Both the position numbers and the translations under genes were made by a program. From Amphiscolops sp. MND2022 (lineage: Eukaryota), in assembly GCA_964187785.1 (NCBI GenBank), contig OZ076416.1:16802001-16866000 (forward strand): a stretch of DNA of 64,000 nt, given 5' to 3'. The notes under the pieces were generated by a model. That model saw only the letters and a program-made list of their open reading frames with translations, searched no databases and was not told the origin of the DNA. Positions 1 through 12,956 of this stretch are shown here, piece by piece. Numbering within the stretch: position 1 is the stretch's first letter; every line of letters starts with the position of its first letter.

Positions 1-539
1 TAATCGTTATACTTAAGTGCATTTTCCAAAAGATTGATCCTTCTTATTCTCCTAGCATCTCCAAATAATCCAAGCAAACGAAATTAGTCATAATTCCTTC
101 GAGTAAAAATTCAAAGTCAGGTATTAGTTGTTCACGCCAGCGTCATCTCAGGGTCAATTTTCCTACGAACCAAAGCAGCAAAACAGGGAATTATTTCCGG
201 TTTGACAGACTGAAGTAATATCTACTTCCTGCTTGGGAGGAAGCAAAAGGACGCCAGAATGAAATGATGTGATCATGGTTGATGACTAATGCTGAATTAG
301 AATTACCGTGCATCAAAATTTGATGAAATGTCGACGCAATTTGGGATCATAATGATTTTTTCACTGGAGAAAGAGAAAATTACTAATTGTTCGAGGAAAA
401 TTAGGAATATAGTCGTGATCAAATTATGCTAGAAAGGTATAAATACGATGCATTTTGTAGGTTAAGGGACTTAGTTTTTTCGTATTTGTAAAACTCAGCT
501 GCACCTGAATTCACTGATCTCAGGTTGTTCCTTCAATTT

Positions 540-997
540 TGTTGAAAATACATAAAAAGATAAAATGAATTCTTCAAATCAAACTTTTTCATACAAGAAT
601 GTCGACTACAAGAAGTCAAAGGAGAAAGAACAACCAGAAGGAGAGCACTGAAAGCGTTAGTGAAGGTTTTGTTTAACCAATTGTAGTAGGAAATCTTTTT
701 CCCTTAGATCAGGACGCAATTGTCGCGGAACTTCGCAACCAAAATCCCCTAGGATAGAGGGAAGTTTCTCAGAAAGTCTGAGAGCCTCCTTAAAAGAGGA
801 AACTACTTCCGAAGTCAAGAATGTCCCAGTAGAATCCCAAAGGGAGATGTTGAAACTGCTAAAGCCTGAAACAAGAGAAAACGTTAGAGAAAACACCGAG
901 GAGGAAACGGAAAATGAGACTAGGAACTTCTATACCCCTACCAAATTGGTTAGAAATTGTTCTACTCAAAACAACGACACGACCGTAAGTCGTAACA
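540..997 (+). repeat. 3' part of the 5' LTR of Gypsy element 1 (LTR start not resolved)
   Basis: Ends ...AGTCGTAACA at 997, directly before TGGTGACAGG. The same terminus at 30113, and a related one at 4218, is followed by unrelated DNA. Confidence 0.6.
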
Positions 998-3240
998 TGG
1001 TGACAGGAGTCCTAACCGACTCCACCAACCAACCGAAAAGACCAAAAATAAGGTCTCAAAGCCAACCAGCGTCAAAAGAGCGTCCTGCGGTGGCCAGAAT
1101 AGTTTTTGGAGCGGAAAAGAACGACAAAACCCTACTACCTATGCCATAAGCCCTAACGGCATCACTCCCAACCTTCGACGGGAAATCTGAAAAGTTTGAG
1201 CTTTTCAAAGACCTTTCGTTAAACGAGGATTCGATGAAAGACTCACTAAAAAAAATAATGACGATCTTCAAACGTCGTTTCGGCGACTACCTATTAATGG
1301 CAAATACCAGATGCGAATGAGACGCACTCAGTTTCGATCCTTCAACGCAAAAACTCCACGAATTTTGAGACGTACTCCAAAAATCCGCCAAAGAGGCCTT
1401 CGGATCAGAGGCCCAACATTGACAAAGCTATATATGCCAAAATGCCAGACCATGTCAAGAAAATACTCAATAGGGCATATCTTGAGGACAAACCGAAAAA
1501 TGACATTGTGCTTCACTTGGAGAGAGAAATGAGACTCAACGGCCTTGGTGCGCCGGACGAGGTCACTTTGGTCCCCTTAAACAAAATAGTACCAGCCCAA
1601 ACAAAACCTGAAATCAAACCAGCCGAAAATACTACCCAAAACACCAAAAAAGGGTATTGCTTCTACTGCAATAAAGTCGGTTATTTCAGAGCAGAATGCC
1701 GAAAAATGAAAAGAGACAAATGGCAGCAGACACGAAGAAATAATGGCCAAACTAAAAATAACGCACGCAGGCAACACGCCTAAATGCGATACTTTTGTCG
1801 TGGTCGGATTACATGGCAATCAAAATGAACAGCGATAATTACACCATAGAGGAGTACCCCCAACCGCCTTTCAAAATTGAATGTGCAAACGCCCAGCTAG
1901 AACAACAAATAGCCACGGCCGATATACAATTGAACATAGGGACGTACACATTCACAGACACCTTCGTCATCCTCTCAAAGACGTCTTTCCCCATAATAGG
2001 GTTGAATTTCATGAGAAATCATCAAGCAGTACTAGATACAGCGAACGGTACCATCAACTTCCCGCACGTCGAAGGACTTATAAACGGCTAAGAATATAAA
2101 GATATTCAGGTTTCTTGTCCATACAAATGTGGGTTACTACTCACAGTGGACATAAGTGGTTGAAACAGAAAGATTATAGCTTACCTGCAGCAGCGGTTTG
2201 AAAACTTACTGCCCAACCTGACGAAGAAATGAGGAATAGATGAGTATTTCATATTGTCGGCGATTATAAGCCAGTCAGTCCCTTCAGCTTAAAACAACAG
2301 CAATACCTGACTTCACGAAATACAAACCAACCACTATACTGGGGAAAATCAAGGCGAAAAACGATACTAACGCTGTCAATTTTCCCTTTCGCATCGGTAT
2401 TCCCTGTGCAGCGGTTGTATGGCCGTACTGAGAGCCACAGATCGATCAGTTGCGTCAAGACCTCCCGAAAATCAGCCAAATTGACGGAACGCGGTCGGAT
2501 GTACTTTCGAAGAACAGTTTTACCATCGGTCCATTCTTCATAAAGGGCACTTTTCAATCAGCGTATCACATACTCCACCACGATAGTCATGCACACCATT
2601 CCGAACACATTCTGGGCAGGTTGTTGAAGACAGCGCAAGAAGATCTCCTCGTCGAAACCCTGATGGACGACAAACCGACGCTCATCACTGCGATTGTCGC
2701 ACAACACACAAACGAAAGACGGACTCGTTCCTGCAACAACTACAGCGAACTGCTCCCAGTACAGATGATTGTTCCTCAGAATCGTCTTTTTCAAACTGAA
2801 TGCAATACTCACCAGAGGCCACGATACTGTTCAAAGCTATCTACACTCGCGGGGGAACATTCGCGGGGCAAGACCTTGGCACAGGAACGACTGAAAGAGA
2901 CAAAACCAACCTTAAACACCAATCATGACAAGAGAATTATAAGAATCTCAGCCCCCATAACAAACCAATTAAGGGAAAACAAAACCCAAACAGCAATCGA
3001 AAAAAACTACTAACCACAGTTTCGGACGGCCTTCAGTTCAAAATAAATTGAGGCCCATGCTCATCGGACAAAGAAGAACAAAAATGGCCCACAGTCGTCG
3101 TAGGAGAACAAAATCCCCTCTGCTACGTGAAAGCTAACAGATGCAAGCCACAAGAGTCAAGAAGGGCACATGAATGTTTCGGCACAAGATCCTCAGGGAA
3201 AGGATACCCCTCGACAAGATCCACGAACAGTTTAGCCGGT
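599..3240 (+). mobile_element. Degenerate, internally deleted Ty3/Gypsy element (gag, protease, pol/integrase fragments)
   Basis: ATG 599 MSTTRSQ; capsid-like PTFDGKSEKFELF near 1170; zinc knuckle CFYCNKVGYFRAEC near 1657; protease C-half FPIIGLNFMRNHQAVLD in 1795-2091; integrase-like fragments 2560-3200. Many stops and frameshifts. Confidence 0.85.
998..1011 (+). promoter_or_regulatory. Primer binding site (PBS) of Gypsy element 1
   Basis: TGGTGACAGGAGTC immediately after the LTR terminal CA. TGG pairs with tRNA CCA, and the motif recurs at 10956, 25867 and 49226. Confidence 0.7.
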
Positions 3241-4009
3241 ACTCAGCTAACTGACTGTCTGATAGCTCCATGGGTTCCATAAGCCTATTGAGGACTGGCA
3301 GACCCATGTGTACCCGATACGTGACATCTTTAAATCAATGACTATTCGACTGGAAATGACGCGCAAACTCTTCGATGCCGTGCGCTTTTAACCCCATGTC
3401 GCGTCCGAATGGAAGTGTGTTCCCTGTCCGTTCTTTGCCCTGCTGACGAAATCTGCAAATGCGTGATGGAGCTTCAACATTCGTGGGTGCAACACATTAC
3501 GTGTGCTGTACTTTTTCACTCTGGGACGGCTAGCCAAACGATCACCCACTCTCTCAGTGAAATCATCAGGACCTAAGAGGCACGAACCAATGAAAATACG
3601 CAAATAAATGCATTTGAGAGGGGATGTACACCAAACGTGAAGAAAATTTACCCACCGGACTGTACACGATTTACCACGCGATCTGCGAGACGACGCCCGA
3701 ACTGCATATCATCCTGCGGACTCAGCACCTTAACACCGGACCTGAAGGACAACTCGGGATCATCCTCGGCGCCTGTACAAACCAACACAAATAACTAACT
3801 TCTCCAAACCTTATTCAAACCCATTCAAAAAAAAGAAAAAACTAGTAAAATCAACTAATCCAGCCGCCAGGTGCAGGTGTCAAAAGAGGAGGAGGAGGCA
3901 AGGCCTTCCTAGTACGTTTAGGTGGCGTCGCATAACTGTTCATTTGTTTCTGAACCTAACAACAAAAGGCGTACTATGCCTAACCTCATACAACGAACAA
4001 CATATGCTC

Positions 4010-4218
4010 ACAAATCTAACAACAATGCAATATTGGGTTGCGGAAGGATGACGCATCTAGGAATGGAAAATAGCTCCCTCTGCTAAAAAGCATGCAATCC
4101 TCAAAAATGGTAGAAGACTCCGATTCCGGAACGGAAAATAACCTTCCAGCATCTACATCAACGCCTATAAAATCAAAAGCGACTACTTCTAAAACTACCC
4201 CGTTAAGTACCCGTAACA
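4010..4218 (+). repeat. Isolated LTR 3'-end fragment
   Basis: GCGACTACTTCTAAAACTACCCCG...CGTAACA matches the LTR end at 30072-30113 (GCGACTAGTTCTAAAACAACACCG...CGTAACA). No PBS follows. Confidence 0.6.
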
Positions 4219-5370
4219 ACCCTTGATGTGCTATAACAATTTTGATTATTCTCTGACACTTTCCTTAACAAAAAATTCAGTCTATGATGTGACTTAACAG
4301 TAGCGAGTGAAATCATAAGATAGCGGTAATTCTTCAGAGTTAACAGTTCTGACATTTCAGCGTCCCGTTTTTTTTCATGCCTCCAATTCCACTGCAATTC
4401 AAGTAATTTCGTTTTTGGACTAGTTAACTAAAGACTAATGCGTTCTTAACATAACCCGCTTTTGTTCCATCAAACAAAGAAGTCCACTTTGGTCTCATAT
4501 AATTTTGACTATAGTAATTTCATGTTTCAGTAGGTTTTCCAAGAGTTGACAAAATTTTCAGAAATAAGTGCTGAAGTTTTTTTAAATCAAAATTTTTTTA
4601 CATTTTGCAGCCGTGGGGAGAAGTTGGTTCATCAATTTTTTGGAGTTTTTCTCACGACAGGGTCACTTGACAGTTTTTGCTGCTGAAAACAGCGAAAGAA
4701 ATGCAGGTGAAACAAAACTCGCACTCTAGTTGTTGTAAAACTATTGAAAGTGCAGTGTTTATACAGTACTGTGATTAAGAAAACGTTCCCCGGGGGCAAT
4801 TTCAGGCTTGATTTTCTCGAAATCTGTTGCAAATTTAAAAACCATCAGAAACAAAAGTTTTTTTTTAAAATTTCATCTAGTTTTTGTTAGTGTTTTTATA
4901 ATTTGTCTGGGACAAAAGACTGATTAACTTTTTCTCAATTGTTTACCAAAAATCCACTGAATCCATGCATGTAATTTGATTTCAAAAAGGATCAACTGTT
5001 TCCGAAAAATCAGGCTCAAAAATTAGACTTTCCTCAATTTACATGATTTTCACTCGATGTGCAAATCGAAATTGAAAGTGAAGGCAAATTAAAAATTTTA
5101 GTTAGCTGAAAACGTCATACGGGGATGAATACGTAGTCACAGTTATTTATTACCTAATTACCTACTTAAATTAAACTTACCTAATTATATAATTATTTTG
5201 AGTGCCAGATGCAGTAAATCCAAATATTGGCGGCCGCCTAGCCGCCGTTATATGCTGATTTAGCGTGTTACACGCCAGAAAGCACTCTGGTTGGAAAGAG
5301 ACCGTTTACACTTTCATTTAGCAGCTCATTTACTCAAAAAAGTTTATTGAGACACAACTTGATTATTGAG

Positions 5371-6735
5371 ATGCCGCGAATTCAGACTTTACCAAGTGCT
5401 GAAATAGCAATACAGGAGCATTCTGTTTTGAAAAATGTTAGCACAGAAAGGGAGAAAGTCAAAGTTTGATGCACCGTTTGCGTTCGGGATTTTTGTTGTT
5501 CGAAGACCAACCATGTTGATGATCACATTGAAAGCCAATCTCACCAAGCAAATGTGACTCGAAAAAAGAAACACCAGTCCACATTTCTTTGGACATTCGT
5601 AACCAAACAGAAGATCCTTTTACTCTTGATTTGGTTGGTACAAGGATCAAAGCTGGCATTCCTATCGGCGTCTGGAGAACAATTTTCGAAAAGATTCACT
5701 GACATCAACCTGATATACAACTTACTCTAACAAAATTAGTGAGGAGAAACGGAAGAAACTCTGGGCAGAATTTTGAGGTTGGGAACCTTTTTACGTTTTC
5801 TTCGATGAAGCAGAGTACTTCAAAGAGAAATACGAGCGTTTCTCTTGCCAAACTTGAAAATTCTGCAACACTTGGGCCTTTTCTGGTACATATTTTCAAA
5901 GACGTTTGGATATTTGATCATTCTATAGTCGAATCACGTATAAATAGTATTCTCCCGAATCCCAATCTTCATGAAAACTACAAGGATTTTCGTGTATTCT
6001 TGTCTGATGCTGCATCAACAGGACCGCGGGTGAGAATCTGAAAGTAAACCTTGAGAATTTAGTTCATATTACTTGCGTGTCACATATGCTAGCAAGTGTT
6101 GCCTTAGTTACTTTCGAAAAGACCAATTTTTTTACCACTTGTCAAAACTTTTTAAATCTTTGAACGCACTTTTCAATAGTACAGTTCTTTCTGAAAGATG
6201 GAGCAATTTCGAAAGCAAGAATATTCCGAAATACCCGATACCAGTTGAAAAGCGATGGGAGTCTTATTTTGTGTCTAACAAGTTTCTGGCGGAGAAGTGG
6301 ACTGCCAAGGACAAGTTTTTGTCAGATAACTCCGATTGTCAGTTCTGCAGTGCTACACTCGCATGTTTTCAACAAGATTCCATGAAACGCAATTCCCGGG
6401 ATACTCACAACTTGTATTTCATTAACGAAGCAATTATAAAAAATTAAGCCCAAGAATTCAACGCTTCCTGAGCAATTGCAGTTTTTGGGAATTTTGGAAG
6501 AGAAAATGATAGTTCGTCAAAAAAACACAAAGCAAACTTAATCTATAAATCTCTTCAAAGGAATCGGTTTCCAGAGTCCTATGGATATCCCAATATTCAC
6601 ATTTTCACCAGTTACGTTGGTGAATGTCGAAAATTTTTTTTTCAATTTTGAAGACGTTAGTGGAAGATCGGCCCCATATGCTGGAAGAAACTATGAACAT
6701 TTGAAGGTTATACGATATAATTCCGATTTGAAATA
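5371..6735 (+). mobile_element. hAT-superfamily (DUF659/CGGBP1-like) transposase pseudogene
   Basis: Across frames: ATG 5371; finger CTVC-x14-H-x5-H; AGIP; FYVFFDEA (D near 5804); VFLSDAAS; HITCVSH (6065); PIPVEKRWES; PVTLVNVENFFSILK. This is the hAT motif order, with stops and frameshifts. TIRs not found. Confidence 0.75.
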
Positions 6736-7439
6736 ATGGTATTTTCAAATTACGAAAAGTTCCAACGCTGAACGTTCACGCCAAAATTTAGGGTTACGTG
6801 CCGGAAATTGGCACTGAAAACTCAATTTTCGTGTCGAGCCTCGGATTTCCTGGCTGGCACCCAGGGCAAGCCGGGAGCGCTACCTCCTGCAATGCGGAAT
6901 TGGATATCAACTAGTTTCGACGATTTGTCTGTTGCTACAGCGCTTGCTATCTCCTTTTTCTTCTGTTCTAAGTTTGTAAGGAAAATACTAGGATGATTAG
7001 TTATAATAGGCAAAAATATAAATCAAAAGTGGGTAAAATATCTCTTATAAAATTGAACGTTTCTCAAATTATGCTAAATGTAATCTTGAAGTAGATGTTG
7101 CAATTTTATTGCAGTGTCGTTAATTCACTTTGTCGTTAATGCATTCAGGTTTTTCAGCTAGATGGGATTCTCTTGAACCGCCACCGCTGTCACAATCATT
7201 ATTCGCGGCCGCTAGCTTAGTTTTGGATCCCAGAGAAGTAGCCTGAAAATAGAAAACAAGCCATGAACGGCCCAAGTCGTCGCCATATCTAAGGCTCAAA
7301 AATAGCAAAAGGACTTCAAAGTGTCAAGTACTCTCCTCTACAGTACCCAAAAAAATTTCCAAAAAATTTTTGAATTTATTTGAAGTTTCTGGTAAGTTGC
7401 ATTGTACCGAAAAATGTAAAAGGGGCGCTTTGGCTGTTT

Positions 7440-7800
7440 TTAAACATCCATTCTTTTGCAAAATAGTAAAAAAAAAATGAAGGGTGGACCCTTCGGAGAC
7501 ATTAAAAAAATTGCGAAAACAGTCTCACAAAGCCGAAAAAAATCTACACAAAAAAAATTGGTCAGGAGCGGGACTCGAACCCATGTCCTTCCGCTTGGCA
7601 GACCTCAAAAAGTCGTAACCTCTATGCCAGTGTGGTTTAGTGTTAGTACCAGACAATGTTAGTGCCAGACAATGTTAGTGCCAGACAGCAGTGTTAGTGC
7701 TTACTTATAAAATTTATAAAATCTGTCAGTTCGTTGGTCCTAAAAAAAGTCACTACTATAGTCTGCGTTTTTCTTCGAAAAGCGCCGACTAAAAATGACA
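7440..7800 (-). repeat. tRNA-related SINE-like repeat
   Basis: Pol III B-box GGGTTCGAGTCCCGC (reverse complement of 7568-7582) without a foldable cloverleaf. A similar B-box lies near 8320. Confidence 0.4.
7641..7700. repeat. 16-bp tandem repeat TGTTAGTGCCAGACAA, about 3.5 copies
   Basis: Units start at 7641, 7657 and 7673, with a partial unit at about 7692. Confidence 0.9.
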
Positions 7801-9080
7801 GCATAAAATTTTGAGGAATAAAACAAGACGCCCGTCAAGCACCAGGATCTTTTTAGGGGATATTCCAGTTTAGGGGATTTGGCAAGTGGAGCATTGAGTA
7901 ATAAAGTGGATGTTTCGGGGTAGCTCTCAAGCTAGAACGGAGGAACTCAAGAAAGAGTTCGAAGTAGAAAGATTGATTGAACGCAAAGATAAAACTCAAG
8001 CTATTAAAATTTGGGTCTTGTCTCAATGCAAGAGGTCTGTATTTGATGAAGTTTATTGACGGTATGAATGCAAAATCTATGATGTGATGTGGAAAGTGAG
8101 AGTTGGGGAACTGGTAATTAACTGGTTGTTGGTTATCATATGAGGCCTTTACAGCCAAAGGGCAACAAAAGGTCTATGCAGGTTGTTTACATATATGTTT
8201 ATTTAGTTTTTACATTTTTACAAATGAACAGAAACATTGAATGTCAAATGATTTGATTGATCAGTATTGAAGGTTAGTAAAAAACGATCAAAAAAGACAA
8301 AAAGAAGCGCCGCGGCAGATTCGAACCCACGCAGACCGGTTCGAGAGCAAAGTCGCATCCAATATGCGAAGCGGACTAATTATTTCACGAAATCATTCTG
8401 ATGTCATACGCCGACAGTGGAGTTCAAGTAACTAAAATACTCAAGTAACTATATAAATAAACAAGTAGTGGATGGAGATCGTGGAGATTTGGCGGAATTT
8501 GGAAAAAAAACCCAACACAGATTATGATTTTCCTCCCGAATTATATGTGTGAGGAAAACAACAAGATGTGGTTTCGCTTCTGAGTAGACTTTGCGTGGTC
8601 CAATACTGGCAGATTGCCAGATTGCAATTAGTAGTTTCAAGCATTTTGTTGTTATTAAGTGACCTTTTGAGTCGTTTTGCCGCCGCTTTCAATGTTGCAC
8701 CATCAAAGCAAGAAGAACCAAGTCTTCGGTTCAGAATTGTTTGCCGCTGTTTGACTTTGACTGACGCTTGGCTTCGCTCTCAGATGATAAATATTCCAAC
8801 ATGACAAGGCAGTTTTTTCAAAAAACCTTTGGCATTTTCAATTATTTGTTCAGAAAACGAAAATTGAATTTCTTTGATGCTAGCGAAAAGATAGATCACA
8901 GCGAAAGAAATTGAAATCTGTCAAACATTGACAGCTGTCAACAACGATATGAAAAAATTCCTCCTACTTTTTGCCGAGACGTAAAAAACGTAAAAGGTCT
9001 TTTCATTGGTTTGGCTGGGAAATTGTTTTTTAACTCCTCGAAATTTCTTCACTTTGAAATCGCTTTCCTATCCATTGCAA

Positions 9081-9399
9081 ATGAATACAACTAGCTCAGA
9101 ACACGAAACATCATCTGGAGCCACATTGCAGTCAGCAACTAAAAGCACGAGAACTTTTGCTCTTTGCATCTCTATTTTGGGACTTCTTGGAAATGTTTTC
9201 ACGTTCAAAATCATTTCGAAGTACAAAGATCAAACTTCTGGAACAACTTTCATTAAAGCCTTATCTGTTCTCAATTCCATCGTTCTTATCTCGTTTGGTT
9301 TCCTGCCGATCTTTTCCATTTTAGGCCTGGATTTGATGACTTTAAGCAACTACGTATGCATTCCCTGGATTTTCTTTTCTGCGCTTTCAGGCATCTCAG
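9081..9399 (+). CDS. Class A (rhodopsin-like) GPCR exon 1, TM1 to start of TM3
   Basis: MNTTSSEHE...ILGLLGNVFTF (TM1 GN)...FIKALSVLNSIVL...VCIPWIFFSALSGIS. Ends at donor AG|GTGAG (9399/9400), phase 1. Confidence 0.85.
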
Positions 9400-9747
9400 G
9401 TGAGTGGTTACAAATGAGGAGTGTTTTTGGAAAAAGCTAGTTCCAATTCACTAGATGACTTTAAAAATGAAAGTTTCTACGACTTGTTAACCTTGGTTTC
9501 ATCTGGGTTGTCGAAGTTTTTTCCTCATCGTAATCTACCACACTTGTCAAATTTTGTTGAGTTGTTGACAAACATTGAAAAATTGAAAACATTGAGTGTT
9601 GCCATCAAAAGGGAGTGAAATAAATTTCCATAAATTGTGAAACAAACTGATTTATACTTGACATTCCAAGACATTTCAAGTAAATATCCAAGTTATTTTG
9701 TTGTTAATGTTTTACTTTCACTCTCATTTGATTTGTTTATGATCAAC

Positions 9748-10955
9748 TGTCACAGGCGGCCGCCAGTCTGTGTACCGTTTCTCTGAGTACACTGTGGGTA
9801 CCCTACAAACTGTGAAACTATTCACTTTTACCATAGTCATGTAACATTTTGTACTGCTATACGCTTGAGTTGTAAATCACATGCAACATTAATTAAATTA
9901 AACCGTTTGAAGTGTCAATTTGCGTGTCCTTATGACACCGCAGGACATGCTCATCACAATCCCAAAGCGACACATTTTTTAGTACACATGAAAATCAAGT
10001 CCGCCTGAAATGTCATGTAGCTATTGTTAGATCATCAATGGTGGTGTTGTAAAGTGACCTTAGATTAATAAATCGATGCTATTTATAGACGGGAGTTCAG
10101 CACAGTTACTTTGATGGCGGCGTGACAATCTTCGGTCAGTCTAGACCGCCCCCTTCGATGATGCTATAAGTAGGAATGAATACAGATGACGTTACAGATC
10201 TGTGCTATTTATATAACGTGATATTCCTAAAACTGAAAGTCATGCTGTTGGGAGTATATATAGTATGGGACAAGAAAACAACATCTATTGAATGAGAAAC
10301 GAGCAAGACAACTACTGTTACAATACTCTGATATTCGGAAACTATAGAAACTGTTAATTCAAATCACCAGTTATCAAATTTTCCATGAGAATTCATTCCA
10401 CAAAAAGCAAGAAAGCAAAAGCTAGGAGATTGATAGAACCTGACATGATGTCAGCCTTTGAAAATATGGACGTCAAGTTGGGCAATGGTGAGTACAAGCC
10501 AATTGAAAGTGAAATAGATCAAACGACAGATTTTTCAAACACGCTTGATAGGGATGATAATGAAGATATTGGTTCAGAGAGAGGAAGTTCTTCTCAAGAA
10601 AAAGAGGTTAGAAACATGACAGTAATTAGAGATAATCAAAACTTTTCAAGAGTAATGACAACTTTGACAGGAGAATTGAACCTGAGGATCTCACAAGAGA
10701 TAAGTCGTTTGATAAACAGGTTAAATTTTCAGATTGAAAGTGCGATTAGCCCTCCTATATCTGAAAGAATCCTTCCCCAAATGCAGGATGTTGTTGAAAG
10801 TGTGCTAGCATGGCAGTTGAGTGGTGTCCCTGGAAAGTCTAGGAAGCCGCATAATTCGTAAAATGATGTGCGTAGCCTTAACGAGAATAACTTGTCATAT
10901 TGGAACTCTCATTCTCACCAAACTTTGTCAGAACCTGACGAAGAGAGACCTTACA
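9748..10955 (+). repeat. 5' LTR of Gypsy element 2 (about 1.2 kb)
   Basis: Starts TGTCACA and ends CCTTACA, followed by the PBS. Homologous over about 1 kb to 24141-25205. Confidence 0.8.
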
Positions 10956-10969
10956 TGGTGACAGGAGCC
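10956..10969 (+). promoter_or_regulatory. PBS of Gypsy element 2
   Basis: TGGTGACAGGAGCC directly after the LTR terminal CA. Confidence 0.7.
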
Positions 10970-12956
10970 TTCGAATCACAAACATCAGCTCCTGACTTCT
11001 TAACTGGGCGGATCCACACACAACGTCCATTTAGCTGACAAACGTCAGCCAACAACAAAAACCTAAACAAAACTCTCCCGGATTCTGAACATACACCAGC
11101 AGCATTACAAGAATCTATAAACACGCTAGCTGATGTTCTCGTCAGTCTCCAAATTAAACCTCAAAACCAATCCTTGACCATCAGACCCGTCAACGTCACA
11201 ACTATGGCAATTGATAGCAAAAGTGAAAAATTCGAACGGTTCGAAGACCTATTTCATAAAATGATATAAATGCAACCCAAACAGGCGGAGCTAATGAAAT
11301 TAAACCATTTTCACTCATTGCTGAGGAAAATTGCCCTCCAGACATTCCGCAACCTTAACTCAACAAACAGACAAACATTCGATGATGTCTTGGTAATATT
11401 CAGGCGTAATAATGTCAAGCCAGAATCTGAGTCGACTGCCAAGCATAAATGGCATCGCCTAGCGTTAGATCCAAGTACAATGAAACTACAGGTCTTCCTA
11501 GAGGAACTATCCAAGGTGCTGAGAAGGCGTTTGGACAATATGCAAAAAGCATGATAGACAACCTCCTGCACGCTAAACTTCCCCCAAGCTCAAGAGGTGT
11601 GCCAATATGGCAAGATTAGATTAGAAAATAGATCACACGATGACATCGTGGCACACTTGGAAAAAGAACTTGAACTCAATGTGTTACAAGAGTCCGATGA
11701 TCTTTTTATTGCCATAATGACATCAACCCAGTCACGCAATGGTGGAACCCTCCTCTCAGTCGGAATTGACACAAACACAAGTTGTACCTATTGCAAGGAA
11801 GAGGGACACAACTACAAAGCCTGTCCTAAGAGAACAGCTAAAAGAGAACTCGAAGCAAAGGAACAAAAGAAACCGAAAAATGTCTACGCCAAGTGCCCCA
11901 TTTGCGACAAAACAAATTACTCATTAGAACGATGTTGGAAAAACGCTGGGGCCCATCTCAAACAACAAAAAATAGAACTGAGAACACGTCAAATGAAAAC
12001 GATATGAAAACGAATGACTCGTCCACTGACAACCAGCCCTCCACATCCAAACCACCTCGCTCCTTGAAAACCCGAATCCAAAAAACCAATTTCGCCACGA
12101 CTCCAAATCTATCCATTGACAAAGAGCAGACACTTTGTCATATCCGATCCGCTGTTGGTAAAATACAAAGAATGCCAAAAGTACACCGTCGGAATACTAG
12201 CAGTTGTCTGGCAGCAACAGATGGCAATTGCTCGCATCGAAATACAAATTACAAATAAAAACACTAACAACCCAATACGTGAATGGCAAAGAGACTTCAC
12301 TGCAGACTTTTCGACAAAAGTTCGACCCCTTCCTATCATCGAATGTTATTACCCCTATTACATAGACCCCGACTACAACCGTTATCCTTCTGGGACGATG
12401 AACTATATGATCAATAACAACTCAATTATCACCATCAGGTGTCACTTCGAGATGACATTGACGTTACAGATGAACCCATAGATGACGAAAGCAAACTTAT
12501 AAATGCTCTAATACACCTACGGGAACGTAATGCAAATTTCCAGTTAGAATCGGCCTAATTACGAGACCACCAAAACACACCCAACAACCACAACAACCAC
12601 TACAAAGATTTTATTCCGGACGAAGCTATTTTCACCAACGTCCTCATAAAGGCAGAGGATGGCCCAGCTCATGTCCTTTTGTCAAGAAACCTCGGTCTTC
12701 AATAAAAACGCAGAACGCTATACTTCCCCATGGACTTCGGAGTTCGCAGAACTTACCGTTGATGGAATTGTTGATGACCAGCGCCATGCCTTAAGCGGAC
12801 CTTAGAAAGATCAGACTATTTTCACAACAATTTATCATTAAGGAAGATCTTCGCCAAACTTCCAGATCATGGTAGCAAACGGACAACCGAAGACGCCAAA
12901 GAAAACTGAGGAACTCCAATTCGAAGTCGGAGACATTGCTTTCAACGAGATATTTG

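Noticed and set aside
3616-3779. GAGAGGGGA followed by TGTACA...TGTACA, looking like a PPT plus short LTR
   Set aside because: No second copy and no match to the element 1 LTR. The stretch reads as an open frame, so it is more likely an accessory-ORF remnant.
7641-7700. Short regular repeats here and at 58721-58798 as a CRISPR array
   Set aside because: Contiguous units with no spacers, no cas genes, eukaryotic context.
7560-8370. Possible tRNA genes (B-boxes near 7575 and 8320)
   Set aside because: No acceptor stem or cloverleaf could be folded; treated as tRNA-derived repeats.
9748-10127. Short 380-bp LTR ending at GGCGGCGTGACA
   Set aside because: No TGG-type PBS follows, and both LTR copies stay homologous for hundreds of bases past this point. 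The PBS is at 10956.
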